A DNA stretch of 64,000 bases from Glycera tridactyla (taxonomy: Eukaryota): contig OZ286464.1 in the NCBI GenBank assembly GCA_965644265.1, positions 63,612,001 to 63,676,000 of the forward strand. Direction: 5' to 3'. The notes beneath the pieces were generated by a model. It had not been told where the DNA came from. It saw only the letters and a program-made list of their open reading frames with translations, and made no database searches. Every line of letters starts with the position of its first letter. The first letter of the stretch is position 1. Shown here in pieces: positions 12,172 through 24,700 of this stretch. The position numbers and the translations under genes were made by a program.

Positions 12172-12395
12172 CAGCGTATTCAGTTCGGCGAACAGAAGCT
12201 AACATTCGTTTGATTTGTTTCGTATTTCTGTTACAATTGCATCTAGAAGTGATAAATATGTTCGTTAGGCGGGGATGATACCGACACATGTCACTCAAGC
12301 TAATGTTCGCCAATGACGGTTGTCCAGGTAGGGAGCGAACATTAGCGTGTGGAAACAGCGAACGTTAGCTTCTGTCCACCTAACTGAACACGCTG
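12172..12395. mobile_element. 224-bp MITE with 37-bp imperfect TIRs
   Basis: Left CAGCGTATTCAGTTCGGCGAACAGAAGCTAACATTCG versus right reverse complement CAGCGTGTTCAGTTAGGTGGACAGAAGCTAACGTTCG (5 mismatches). TSD is unclear. Confidence 0.75.
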
Positions 12396-12486
12396 CTGGT
12401 ATTATAATGAACATGTCCTAAACATCACTTGTAACAGGGAAGTTAAGGATAACAGAAGTGACACTTCGAGTGAATATGAATTTCAT

Positions 12487-12600
12487 GAACCCGGGAGGAC
12501 GAGTCTTGAATGATCCAACACATATGCTCATTGTATTGGCAATATATAGCAGATCTGGTGCTAACGTAACATTAAACCGGAAGCAACCAATCAATCAATC
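12487..12600 (+). mobile_element. SINE family 1 copy
   Basis: GAGTCTTGAATGATCC...ATATAGC...GCTAACGTAACATTAAACC followed by a CAAC/CAAT tail. A second tail lies at about 12700-12745. Confidence 0.6.
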
Positions 12601-13693
12601 AATTCCTACCCTTATCGATATTATTGACATGGGCTTACCTGTTTGCGCCTCATTTCATTGGAAAGGACTGCTGTAACTCTGGCCTGAGTTTGAAACATGG
12701 CGCTGATGTAACGTTCAAACCACAACCAACCAACCAACCAAACGACCAACCAAGATTGCTTTTTTGGCATGAAATATCTTATTCAGAACTCATACCCACC
12801 CATCTAAGTACCATGGAACCACGCGTAGATAAGACCGAAGAACAGTTCATATATACTATCTAATCATCTATGGTATGTAACACGTTAGTTCTGTCTTCGT
12901 ATTGAACATTGAAATCCACTATACATCTTATTGTTGGCATTTTCTACCAAAATCATGCTATCATCAAGTGTCTTTTTCTTGACGCCTCTTTCCTCCCACT
13001 ACGCTCTCCTTAGTCGCTCTTCGAAGTCAGATTGGTATCCATCACCTGTTCTTATTTCGAATCTTTGAACACTGACCCTAATGAACAGTAGTATGGATGG
13101 ATGGAGGAACATAGCCTTTCATTTGAGGTATATGTTGATGCCATCACTATCGCTATGATTACCATGACATGATAACAGATTTGAACTAAATACTTCTTTC
13201 ATGTCATTTGCGTCATGTCTTGTGAAGAATCACATAGATGATTAGCATTTGAGTTTCTGGAATGGACCCACGGATCCTATACAACACATGCTCAACGTCT
13301 AAAGGACGCATGCTTAACACCCTACGCCTCCTTGCTACATATTTACTCTGGGATCTCTTTGACAGCTTTCACCTGAGTGCTAAACAAACATAGCACGCCA
13401 TGTAATGATGTGGTTAACGATGATGTTGTAGGCAATTAGCGAGAACAAAGGCGTGAACGGGATATTCCGAGAGCATGTGTCTTTGTTAATATTGCGGTAC
13501 CTGTGTATGTTGGGTATTAGCGCAGAGGGTAATGGGGCCTCGAGTGCCACTTGAAGACAACAAAGACATTTAGGATCACAGTTAGAATCAAGGTACTGGA
13601 TACAATCACCTTATTGTGTCATTAACTTACGTGGGATATTGTTGCTAGTGGCAGGTAATGAACGATGAATCCTACAACTATGAAATGAAAGTA

Positions 13694-13843
13694 CAGTCGA
13701 ACCTGTCTGTAAAGACCGACTTCGGTCGCATCAAAAAGTGGTCTTTATAGGCAGGTGGTCTCTATAGAGAGGTCATTTACTGTTGAAAATACTACCACGG
13801 TCGCAGCTCAGGTGGTCTTTATAGAGAGGTGGTCTTTAGAGCA
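13694..13843 (-). mobile_element. Tc1/mariner-type MITE copy, one end truncated
   Basis: TA|CAGTCGAACCTGTCTGTAAAGACC, and the body is the reverse complement of 7905-8082. Confidence 0.85.
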
Positions 13844-14284
13844 CATACCGAGAGACATACCTAGACACAGGCAGGAGCCTAACAAAGATTTTTCCAACCT
13901 CATCTATCTCTGAATGACTACTTGGTAGGTGAGTAAAACTGTATAGGCTTCAAAATAATGATGATACTGAGAGAACGAATTTTTGGCACATCATCCTTTT
14001 AGGCAAAAGTGCCATCTCGTGTCAATACAGGTGGAAACATCTGGAACTAATTCCTATTATCATCTATAGTCCCCTTGGGTGAATCTCACTACTTTTCACT
14101 CAACAAAATGGCCCTTCGAGATAGCCTTGGATGATCATAGTATCATTCAACAATTGAATTCTTGTGCGAAGAATCATGTATATTCTTCCTTCTATCTAAC
14201 ATATAGACCAAAGGGGAACACACCAGGGTAGTTAGTTAGACCCTCAGGTAATCCATTCATCAAGCTATAAAAACATGCAGAATT

Positions 14285-14570
14285 AGCATTATACCAAGAA
14301 TATATGGCCGTGAAGTAAAAACGCAATAGCGAACGAGGTGTGTATTTTGCAGGAATGTCACGAGACCGAAGGCAGAGTGACATCCAGCGACATTCAAACC
14401 GAGTTTGCTATTGTGTTTTGACTTCATGGCCATATTTCTTGCTTTTATCAGAAGGATTGGGAGAAAAATCATCAAAAAGTAGTTCTATTCCAGCTGTAAA
14501 GTATCACACGCAATACTCAACACCTGATACTTCACTGAGAATGTCACATCCATGTGATAATGGTTGAGCT
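14285..14570. mobile_element. Dispersed repeat with ~40-bp internal inverted repeats, homologous to 36250-36600
   Basis: AAGAATATATGGCCGTGAAGTAAAAACGCAATAGCG pairs with TTGCTATTGTGTTTTGACTTCATGGCCATATTTCTT. The flank TGTCACATCCATGTGA is shared with the 36.3-kb copy in the opposite orientation. Confidence 0.65.
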
Positions 14571-15479
14571 CAGTGGCCTTCGATCAGCAATTCATGAACT
14601 TTGGCAAAAACTGCACTCATGCTGTTTTCCTCACTACACTACGCCCTGATCAACTCCTCACTAATCAGGGCGGTAATTCGCTTCTTTTTTGCTACAACTT
14701 CTGAATCAGATGACCTGGAAAGGATTATCAGCAGATGTAGAACAGAGATGCCCTTGTCTTACGTCTCCTAGGACTACCTCCTGATTTATTTGTATTTTTA
14801 CCTCACTGACAACTACACATCGAACCTATCACTCTCTCCCTCTTTCACTCTCTCACTCCTCACGCACAGTGACGTGTACATCACTTCATCACTTCTCTCT
14901 ATACAGCCACCAGGGACACTCTTCACCACTGTGTACTGTTGACTGGTTTGTCAGAGGCTGGCCATGTGTTTGCTTCCCATATGTATTATATTCAACCCTT
15001 CAAGGTCGCAAATGGTAGTGAGGGTTCCCGTCAAAAGTGATCTTTTCTGCAGTCAATGGTATTTATGTTGCTGAAAATCAAGAAAATGGATGAGAAAAAT
15101 TACAAAATATCGAAAAAGCACAAATGAGCCATACAATTGACCAGTAATATGTATTTTCTGAGTGCAAATATTGTCTCAATGATGAATTTAAGAATTCACC
15201 CTTTCCTGCATAGGAATATGATCATTCAATAGCCATAATGGTTGACACTATAAAATTGATCGATCATCCTACAGTGTAGCGAAACAACCCATCTGATCTG
15301 TGTACAGATATTCGTTAATTTCTGCAGCACATGTTTTTGGGGGAGATTTTTGCTTCTAGTGTGTATTTTTATTGGAGTGTAGAATTACAAGAGATCGTGT
15401 GCGAGAGGCTGGTGTTGATTGAATAAATACAAGGTGATGAAGATGCTGATATCTTATTGATGAGATGGAGCAGGCAGTT

Positions 15480-16130
15480 GTAAAGACTATCTTCAATTAT
15501 CCCCATCTAAAGCACCTAATGAATGGTAACGTTTGCCAAGGGAGGGGACCACTTAACACCTGCATTCTGGGCTCTTATCAGGATTTCAACTCTGGCATTC
15601 TCCTTTCATGGGCAGCACGTAGGAATACCCATTATATAAGTCTTACTTTACTTTGTTAAGACTATCCTCTAGAGCTCCTAATGAATGATGATGTTTGCCA
15701 CTTAACACCTGCATTCTGGGCTCTTATCTGGATATCAACCCTGGCATTCGCCTTTTATGGGCAGCAAATATGAAAACCCATTATAAAAGTCTTATTTTGT
15801 ATGATTTTGTAAAGATTACCTTCAATTATCCCCATTTACAGCACCTAATGAATGATGGTGTTTGCCTAGATAGGGGACCACTTAACACCTGAATTCCGGA
15901 CTCTTATCTGGATTTCAATTCCGATATTCGCTTTTCATGGGCAGCTAATATAAATACCCATTATATTAGTATCAACTTGTATTACTTCGTGAAAACTATC
16001 TTCAATTATCCCCATCTGAAGCACCTGATATGGATGGTAACGTTTGTCATCTGACGGTATCACGTAACACCTGCATTCATGACTCCTATAACATTTTCAA
16101 CTGTAACATTTGTCTTTTATGGGCAGCAAG
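15480..16130. repeat. ~180-bp degenerate tandem repeat (4 units, the second partly deleted; fifth unit at ~16729-16870)
   Basis: TTCAATTATCCCCAT anchors at 15492, 15821 and 16001, with shared CACTTAACACCTGCATTC and ATGGGCAGC motifs. Confidence 0.8.
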
Positions 16131-16684
16131 CGAAGGGGACACCAGATGGGCATTATGTTTTGAATCGACCCCGGTGTGGGTGGGTGTGTGGGTGGGTGTG
16201 TTGGTGGGTGGGTGGGTGGCTGGGTGGGTGAATGATGGTTTCCGACCAATAACTCAAACAGTTTTAGGGCTAATCTTTTCAAACTTGGTATACAGACTCT
16301 CCTACGGTATGGCAAGACACCTATTGATTTGGGGGCTAGCCTTCTCAAACTTGGTGTACAGGCCCCTCAAGGGTCTGGTAAGACATCTATTGATTTTGGG
16401 GTGGCTATCTTGAATTTCAATGTCACTGAGTGCAAAAAGGTCAAAACAGTTTCCGACATATAACGCGATAGCTTTCAGGGCCAGCCTTTTCAAACTTGGT
16501 CTGCAGTCTCTCCTAGCGTATGACAAGACACCTATTGACTGAGTGCAAAAAGGTCAAACCGGTTTCCGGACAATAACTTCAAAAGTGTCAGGGCTAGTTT
16601 TGTTCTATCTCACTTCTCTCGCTCAATCTTCCTGTGACAAGTATGCACTCAGCGGGGCATTCACACTCACTGAGTGCATCTAGT
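16130..16684 (+). mobile_element. Helentron/HINE (DINE-1-like) non-autonomous element
   Basis: GCATTATGTTT followed by a (GGGT)n microsatellite and internal TTTCAAACTTGG repeats. A 3' hairpin ATGCACTCAG (16643-16652)/CTGAGTGCAT (16670-16679) is followed by CTAGT. Confidence 0.55.
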
Positions 16685-17254
16685 GTAAGGGCAGCAAGCA
16701 TGCAAAGCTGCCTATACTATATACACTGTATTTCAAATGTACCCCATCCAAAGTACCTATTAAATGGTAATGTAGGAGACTGCTCAACATCTGTGTTTCC
16801 AACTTTGTTTTCCAGATTTTCAACTTTGACATTTGCTTTTTGTGGCAGCAAACGAAGATACCATATCATACACATTGAAGTTAGCCTTCAAATTACTAAT
16901 AAATTGTCAAGAAAGGGGGCATTTCGGTCGATATGATTTGATATATGATTCAATAGATGGACAATAGATTGATGAATAAATCGAAAAATATAACAAAAAA
17001 GGAACCAAAAAAAGATAGATACATCTTGATGACAATTCGAATGAAAGAGACAATGAATTCCGACATGCAGTCAACAATCATTAAACAGGCCCTCGAAACA
17101 TCTCATATGATACGTCTATCGAGTTATCAAGAAATACCCAATTGTGTGATATATTTCACAGAAAAAACGTTTGGTTTTTCTTAGATACCATTGGCGCTAC
17201 TGTAAAGGCATTTGTAATGAGATTACTCTCTAGAATATCGATAATTATCATGCT

Positions 17255-17360
17255 AATCCACCTTCCACCAGGCACCCAGTTTCGTGAATTCTTTCATCCA
17301 ATTCTATTGCCTGAGCGTCTCCATATAGCCTACCTAGCGCTCGCCGAGAAACCAACCAAC
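17255..17360 (+). mobile_element. SINE family 1 copy
   Basis: GCGTCTCCATATAGCC...AAACCAACCAACC. Confidence 0.5.
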
Positions 17361-17853
17361 CAGTTCTCAGAGGAGACCACAAAGGTCACTTTTCGCGCGA
17401 CCTACCTGGAAGTTTATACCAAACACATCTCTATACAGAGGCCAACTGTCCACAAAGACCACTTTGTCTACTGCAGTAATCAACAGGTCCATCGACGATT
17501 GAAGTCAAAAATTGCGCAATAATCAGTTGTTGTAATTACTTTTCGGTTTATTCCCATCACCCGACGCGGAGTCTACTGTTGAAAGACACACTGTTTGTGG
17601 GTAGTCGTGGGAGATTTAAGAAGGGGAAGATAGCTTAATGAGAGGCGCTTGTCGATTACAATTAGCATGTCAATAATACATGCTTGGCTGGCCCCCATGT
17701 AAGCGGTGATTATATGGGATGATAGACCAAACACGCAACACCAGGGGTCGCATCATCAAAGAAACACCGCCGCCTCGGAAATCGACATCATTTCAAACCC
17801 TCTACCATTCAACTGAGCATGATGAATGTAAACAAGTATATCGCGATGCTAAA

Positions 17854-17907
17854 GTTTGTTTGTTTATGGTTTGACATCATGTATCAACACTAGGGTTATG
17901 TATGCCG
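17854..17907 (-). mobile_element. Second SINE-like family, 3' tail
   Basis: The reverse complement CGGCATACATAACCCTAGTGTTGATAC...GTCAAACC(AAAC)n matches 41400-41445 (+) and loosely 28370-28425 (+). Confidence 0.5.
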
Positions 17908-18764
17908 TGTGATCCTGGTTAATGGAAACTAGATGTTCTCTCCCCCACAGACATCTCTCTCACAAACCCTGAACACAAAATGATGAGGAACCCGAATGGT
18001 TGTCAAGTGGAAGTAGCTGACAATTCAGACACACCTCTACCTACCCGACATCAACATCAATTCAATAAGGTGCCCAATTGGTAGTGCCAGCTTGTGGCAG
18101 CTTTTGGAAATGATTTCTCCTCTCCTTTTGCTAGATGACTTATGGAATAATTTAATCAAAATCTATGATAGTGATAGGCATAGCCTTTCAATCTTGTGGA
18201 TATTTTTGTTTTGTTTTGAGGCATGATGCTGAAAATTGATGAATCATGATAATGATTTCTCAGGAATTCAGAGAGTTGAAAAGCTGATTCTGCACTGGAT
18301 GACGTTCATGCGTTTGAAATGTACTTCATAAATCACATACGGTGATCAGAATGACTTGTCATGTTGGATCTATCACATACACTTACCCATTTCACCCTCA
18401 AATAAAGCATTCCCTAGGCCGATATATATCAAAATGACAACAAATACTATTCAAATGATGGGAAATGATCTCCCTACGACCTAAGTCCTTGACGCTAGAG
18501 ATCGCCAAGTGTGCCCAGTTTACTTTTGAGGTTTTCAATTTCTCTTGATAACTCTTGGTTGGAAGTTGTCAAGGCTTGATAGTCCTCAAGTGGAAGTAGC
18601 AGGATGCAGCAGGAATAATATAAATCTGAATAAACATATAGATGGTACGTCTAATTATGTCAAAGTTGAGTTACTGGGAGCTGACACTCAATCCCCACAA
18701 CAGTGGTTTATCTCAAGCGGAGCAATGTATTTGATTCAAGAAAATGCATCAGGTTTGCGGAATG

Positions 18765-19197
18765 AGAGAGGGGAGGGAGAGAGAGATAGAGGGGAGGGAG
18801 AGAGAGATAGAGAGAGAGACAGAGAGAGAGACAGACAGACAGATAGACAGACGGACAGAGGGGGAGAGACAGAGAGAAGGGAAGAGAGAAAGACAGTCAG
18901 ACAGACAGATAGACAGACGGNNNNNNNNNNNNNNNNNNNNNNNNNNNNNNNNNNNNNNNNNNNNNNNNNNNNNNNNNNNNNNNNNNNNNNNNNNNNNNNN
19001 NNNNNNNNNNNNNNNNNNNNNNNNNNNNNNNNNNNNNNNNNNNNNNNNNATGGGAGAGAGAGATAATGCATCGAATGATACTAGATAATGCAGTTTGGGG
19101 AATAACACCTGACCAATGAGAGAGAGAGAGGAAGAGAGAGGGGGAGAAAGAGAGAGGGGAGAAAGAGAGAGAAAAGAGAAAAGGAGAGAGAGAGACG
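18765..19197. repeat. (GA)n/(GACA)n microsatellite block spanning a gap
   Basis: Direct reading. Confidence 0.9.
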
Positions 19198-20433
19198 ATT
19201 TCAGCTAGTGAAAGCAGTGGTCGAATGAACCAACTAACGTTCCACTTCAACTTGTCACGCGATAGACTCGTGTGGTTTCCGTCGAAAAGAAGAAAACTCA
19301 TTAAAATAAACAAAGAAACATTTCTTTGTTTGGCAAGAGGAGAAGAGTCGGTACTTTACACAAGTGGAATTGACGGAGCGCTGTGGTGAGTATTGTACGA
19401 ACCTGGAGTTCTCCGTGTCTGTGACATAGTCAGTGGTGTTGGATGTGTACAATCTGCACGAACCTCTCTGCAAAGAACGTCCGTGGCCGTGTTTGTAGAC
19501 AGGGGACCACTTTAGAGATAATGCTGACTATAGAAAATGCTTCAAAGGGCTTCGAAGGCTTCAAAGTATTCATTTGTGGGAGGTGTATGGAAACAAATCT
19601 TCATGAGGACTGGTGTACTGAGGAATTGAAATGCTTCTCCTCAAGATGAGGCCAAATGTGGCCAGGTTCAATTATGTGCAGAATTGACTGGCCCGCCAGG
19701 ACCCCCTTCTAAAGGGGTCTGAAATTAAAGTGGCCGGAACCCCGATCTGGTTTCTCACAGATGACCTGTCCTAATTCACCATTTTTCCTCTTTGTCCCTT
19801 TGAGTGATGTTTCTACCAGTTCCTCGACAAATCTTCATAAGGCTTCTTTCATTATACGACATGAATTTTATTGAAAGGATGTACCTCTGCACATCTCCCT
19901 CCCTCCACCATACATCACAGAAAACAGTAGCCTTATATGCATACTGCTATGTGAGAAAAAAACATACGGTTTACATAAGAAACACTCGTACCTCATTTTG
20001 CTCAGTCAGCTGTTGGTAACATTAAGTAGCGAAAATACCAAATTATCTCCCCCTCATACGGTCGTGTATATTGAAATTTACAGTGGGAATTTACGTGACA
20101 ACAGTACATATAGATATGAAGACACATTAATCGTAGTTACACATTTGTGGAATCAGTAGCTAGTATACCAGACAGCATTCACCGAATATCTCATGACATG
20201 ATGAGGCACATATGACCGAGTTTATAATCACTGACTGACGTGTGGACTGGTATTTAGACTGCCCCTTCACAGGCTAGGCGCTTTGTGCCATGCTGGAGTC
20301 CAGGTTCGGATGATTTCAGAAAATCTCCCATTGCTTGAGAATTCCATAAAATGGCTTGAACATTAGTGTGACTGGATGGTCAACTGGGTCTCCGGGTGTT
20401 TGTGCATGTGAAGAGCGAAGTGTGCTCCTGTCT

Positions 20434-20486
<53 letters not shown>

Positions 20487-21109
20487 CTGCTTTTTTCGGA
20501 GCAATCCACATAGCTCAGCATACAGGACAGCTTGCTCCTTCACAGGCTAGGCGGCTAGGGTGATGCTGGGGATCCAGGTTCTGATCTACCAGAGATTTCA
20601 GAAGATGTAATTTGTACATTTCACTGGTGTATCGTAACACATTGTTTTATTCAATTAAAAACTAGTTCGTCCAGCCTCTTTATGCTATCTAAGTTACAGT
20701 TCAGAGTGGCCCTTGTAGGCGGGTGGACTTTGTATAGAGGTCGTGAAAACACCTTCTCTATCTAGGGATTTTCAAGATGGCTGCCTGATCGGTCTCCGGG
20801 TTTCACTTGCAAGTCAACCTTTACTGCCTGACATGATTGGATTTGATAATGGTCTTTGTTGGGAATGAAGTGGAAATGCATTAAACCTACTTGATATGTT
20901 CTGGGTTAGGAAAAAATCAGGACTGGGAATGATTGGAGAAATGGTGTAAGCAGCTACATGAGAAGAGTGAAGGGGTCTTTCATCTCTTGAGCAGGTTTAA
21001 GTGTAATTGTAGTAGTCTACAGTCTGGTATTCATATCAGGGTTACTTGACTTCACATTACATTTGTTGGCAGGGATGCTCAAACGTGGGACTCTCTCCAT
21101 CTCCCTGCG

Positions 21110-21255
21110 AGGTTGGTTGGTATGTTGCTTGAAGTATCGTGGGCGTAAGTTGGGCTATATTGGGATGCCCATGCAATGGGCATGGGTGGGATCATTCTAG
21201 GCGACCCCTGGGTACCCAACTGAAGGAGGCATGACATTGGAATCACAAACACGAG
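21110..21255 (-). mobile_element. SINE family 1 copy
   Basis: The reverse complement reads GAATGATCCCACCCATGCCCATTGCATGGGCATCCCAATATAGCCC...ACCAACCAACC. Confidence 0.75.
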
Positions 21256-21319
21256 TGGTCTCATCATAGAAAAATCCCGTCCAAAACACAAAATCACCTG
21301 CATGATATATACATATATA

Positions 21320-21480
21320 TATGGAACGCCATTAGGAACTATATTCCATATTCATGGATCTCCATGAAAGCAATTGTCAATATAAACAAATGCAATGGTC
21401 GATATCAACAAATTCGAATTATGGATAACAACCATTTGTCGATCTCGACAATTCCGTTTGTCTATCTCGACAATTGTGCA
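21320..21480 (+). mobile_element. Solo left end related to the TATGGAACGCC foldback family
   Basis: TATGGAACGCCATTAGGAACT followed by short GTCGATxTCGACAATT subrepeats. No separate right end was seen. Confidence 0.5.
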
Positions 21481-21941
21481 GACACTCACGGCTACAATTC
21501 TCATGGTCGTGATACATGTGCAATTTCCCATATTGCATTTTCTGTTCGGTACACTGAGTTCGTGATCAAAATTTCGACACGCCTTCAGAAATTCTAACTT
21601 TGGTATTTACAGTCGAACAAGTAATCTGTGATGTTGAAATTTTATATTTAGAGTGTCAAATCCAGGCACGGGATAGCGGAGCGATAAATGGTGCACGCAA
21701 GACGTTGATGCGGGAAACTAACTCGAGATGGCGCGCGTTGGTATTGTAATTTCACACCTGAACGAGAACTGCTCTTTTACCATCAACCCAGCGAGCGAAT
21801 CCATCATTATTTCAAAGATGCATGCTCCTCCCGTGAATAATGACGACAGAATCACTCGTGTGAGTTCGCCAGTTAGCAACATTTACCACCTGAAGCAGAC
21901 AGCGTCTCAGCTAATCGTACCGATAGTAAAATTCACAATAC

Positions 21942-22599
21942 TATGGAACGCCATTGGGGACTTTATTCACCATTTAGGGTTCTCCCTAATTCGATTTATG
22001 GAGAACCATATTTATTTAGGGATCTCCATAAATCATTTAGGGTGTTCCATAAATGAATTAGGGTAAACCCTAGATAATTATGGAGATCACTAAATCTATT
22101 CAGGGTTCTCCATAAATCATTTATGGAGATCCCTAATTCGAAGATATAGGGAGAACCATAAATCATTTATGGTTTTTCCTGAATGAAATATGGTTTTCCA
22201 TAATTCGAATTAGGGAGAACCCTAAATCGATTTAGGGATCTCCCTAAATCAATTTATGGAGTTCCCTAAATCAGGCCTGTCCATAGTGCTGCCATCTTAC
22301 TTCAAATGAAGACATTTAAGGAGATCCCTAATTCGATTTAGTGATCTCCGTGAATCGATTTATGGTATTCCTTAATTCATGCCAGTCTATGGTGGTGCCA
22401 TCTCACTCCAAATGTAGGCATTTAGGGAGATCCCTGATTCGATTTAGTGATCTCCATAAATCGATTTATGGTTTTTCATAATTCGATTTCGGGATCACCC
22501 TGAATTGATTTAGGGATCTCCCTAAATAAATATGGTTCTCCATGATTCGAATTAGGGAGAACCCTAAATGGTGAATAAAGTCCCCAATGGCGTTCCATA
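21942..22599. mobile_element. 658-bp foldback/MITE DNA element with 6-bp TSD
   Basis: The TIR TATGGAACGCCATTGGGGACTTTATTCACCATTTAGGGTTCTCCCTAATTCGA is identical for about 53 bp and similar to about 80 bp. CAATAC flanks at 21936-21941 and 22600-22605. The interior is built of ~21-bp ATTTAGGGATCTCCCTAAATC subrepeats. Confidence 0.92.
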
Positions 22600-22931
22600 C
22601 AATACGACTGTATTCCTGTCTGGGTCTTTATTCTCGCTGAAACAGAATGTACATCGGAATTCGACTTCATCTCTGTTTTAGATTCATGACCATACAGGAG
22701 ATTTCGGAGCCACTTATTTCAGTCATTCATCCATTCCATCAGCTAGTCAGCCCACCCTCACGCCCGTCCATCCGCCTGTCTGTCTGGCTGGATGCATGTC
22801 TGTCTGTCTGTCTATCTGTCTGTCTGTCTGTTCAAAGGTCATTCTGGTTCAACTAAGACTCAAAAATCAACGAACCAATTTCGGTCAAGCAATCCATTTC
22901 CTAACGTCTAGCGCATCTGATGATACATATA

Positions 22932-23009
22932 CAGTCGAACCTCCTCGGAAGACCACCTCTCTATAAAGACCACCTCTCTATAAAGGCCACCCTTAGCTGC
23001 GACCGTGTA
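22932..23009 (+). mobile_element. Tc1/mariner-type MITE, left half
   Basis: TA|CAGTCGAACCTCCTCGGAAGACCACCTCTCTATAAAGACC...GCTGCGACCGTG. Confidence 0.75.
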
Positions 23010-24099
23010 CTTTATAAATCCTCTATATATAACCTTTTTTTCGAGATCTGAAAGGCAAGCGCTAGTGGATTTGTGTGAGGGACGCTGGGCTACAGTATAC
23101 AGTAGCTCGTTAAGTGCATGTGTTTGAAGAGAGATTATCAGGCGGATCAGCACGGCTCATCAACTTGTTAATCCATGGCTGCTATAGATTAAGCCGGGTT
23201 TACGCCTGATCACCTATCTGCACCATAAATCAATCGCACCTCCTCACTTAGCATACCATTTCCAGATAGACTTACTACGCGCTCAGCCACCCTGATCTCT
23301 TCACTGCCCATATCAATGCGCTTGGATTCTTATTTGGATCTCAGATTAANNNNNNNNNNNNNNNNNNNNNNNNNNNNNNNNNNNNNNNNNNNNNNNNNNN
23401 NNNNNNNNNNNNNNNNNNNNNNNNNNNNNNNNNNNNNNNNNNNNNNNNNNNNNNNNNNNNNNNNNNNNNNNNNNNNNNNNNNNNNNNNNNNNNNNNNNNN
23501 NNNNNNNNNNNNNNNNNNNNNNNNNNNNNNNNNNNNNNNNNNNNNNNNNTGTCCCATGAGCCGAGGCTTCCATTTAGCTCGGGGGATGATATGTGTCCAC
23601 CATCGTTGACCCCTTTTCTCCCATCAGCATTTTCAGACATTAACTAACATCAGCAGTCAACATATCAGCCTATATCAGGTGCATATGATCATTTCAGCTT
23701 TTCTCTCCCCTATCACCAAGTGAAACCTCTGTTCAGCCATACTCGGTGTCGTTCGATAGTTGATAACACGTGTAACATACACCCATGAACCCTTATTTCA
23801 AGTGTGAATACACTCAGTACATACATAAAATCAATCTGCATCTGTTCATATCATCACCGCAGACCTGTGCACTCACCTGTACAGTTGACCACCATATATC
23901 ACAGGTGTGTGACATTCAGGGGTTGATTATAAAGTTATCGGATATCACCAGTATCTATATGCTCGGTACATTACAGCTCCCGCATCATCTGTGTGATTAG
24001 TCTGTGTGTTCATGATACATGCTCAACACAATACCCGCATATCAGTCTATCCTCATATTGAACGATATCAGTTACTGTCCTCATTCAGGCATTGTGGGC

Positions 24100-24305
24100 A
24101 ACCTCCACCACCATGAAGAACCACCACCATCGCCATGGACCACTGCCGCCACAATCATGGACCACCACCACCACCATCACCATGGACCACTGCCGCCACA
24201 ATCATGGACCACCACCACCATCGCAATGGGTCGCCTCGATCACCATGGGCCAACGTCATGACCATGGACCACCATGACCATGGACCACCACCACCACGAT
24301 GGACC
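24100..24305. repeat. CATGGACCAC-based minisatellite / (CAC)n low complexity
   Basis: CATGGACCACTGCCGCCACAATCATGGACCACCACC occurs twice, with degenerate copies. Confidence 0.85.
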
Positions 24306-24611
24306 AAACATTCGTCGATACTTTGAGGTGAAATAATCTGTGAATTTCATCGATTTTCACCTCCCGTTGCCGTTTGGAACCCAGGAGGAGGTAACTTCAA
24401 TTTTGCGATAAATGTGATCTGGTAGATTGAGCTACTGACATGGAAAATCTGTGATGCAGCCCTCAAATATAATTGAACATAGAATTGTCATGACTGTAAA
24501 AGCTATATGGGAGGATACAGCCCCGACTCTATTTTCGTCAGACTAATACAATTTAGATTATGGTTCAAGGATAATCAATACTTTCAGTCAGATGACGAAG
24601 GCTTTAGCCCA

Positions 24612-24700
24612 TACAGTCTCCAATGCCCATTGCATGGGCGTCTCAATATAGTTCAGATGTTGCTCAAGAGATGTGAAAAAACAACCAACCACCCAGCCAA
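24612..24700 (+). mobile_element. SINE family 1 copy
   Basis: ATGCCCATTGCATGGGCGTCTCAATATAG...GAGATGTGAAAAAACAACCAACC. Confidence 0.7.

Noticed and set aside
14550-14720. Minus-strand frame SSDSEVVAKKKRITALISEELIRA*CSEENSM... as an exon
   Set aside because: It has an internal stop, no recognised homology and adjoins a dispersed repeat.
18630-18690. DGTSNYVKVELLG as a C2-domain exon
   Set aside because: The match is short, a donor-like G|GTACGT lies inside it, and no other C2 strands are present.
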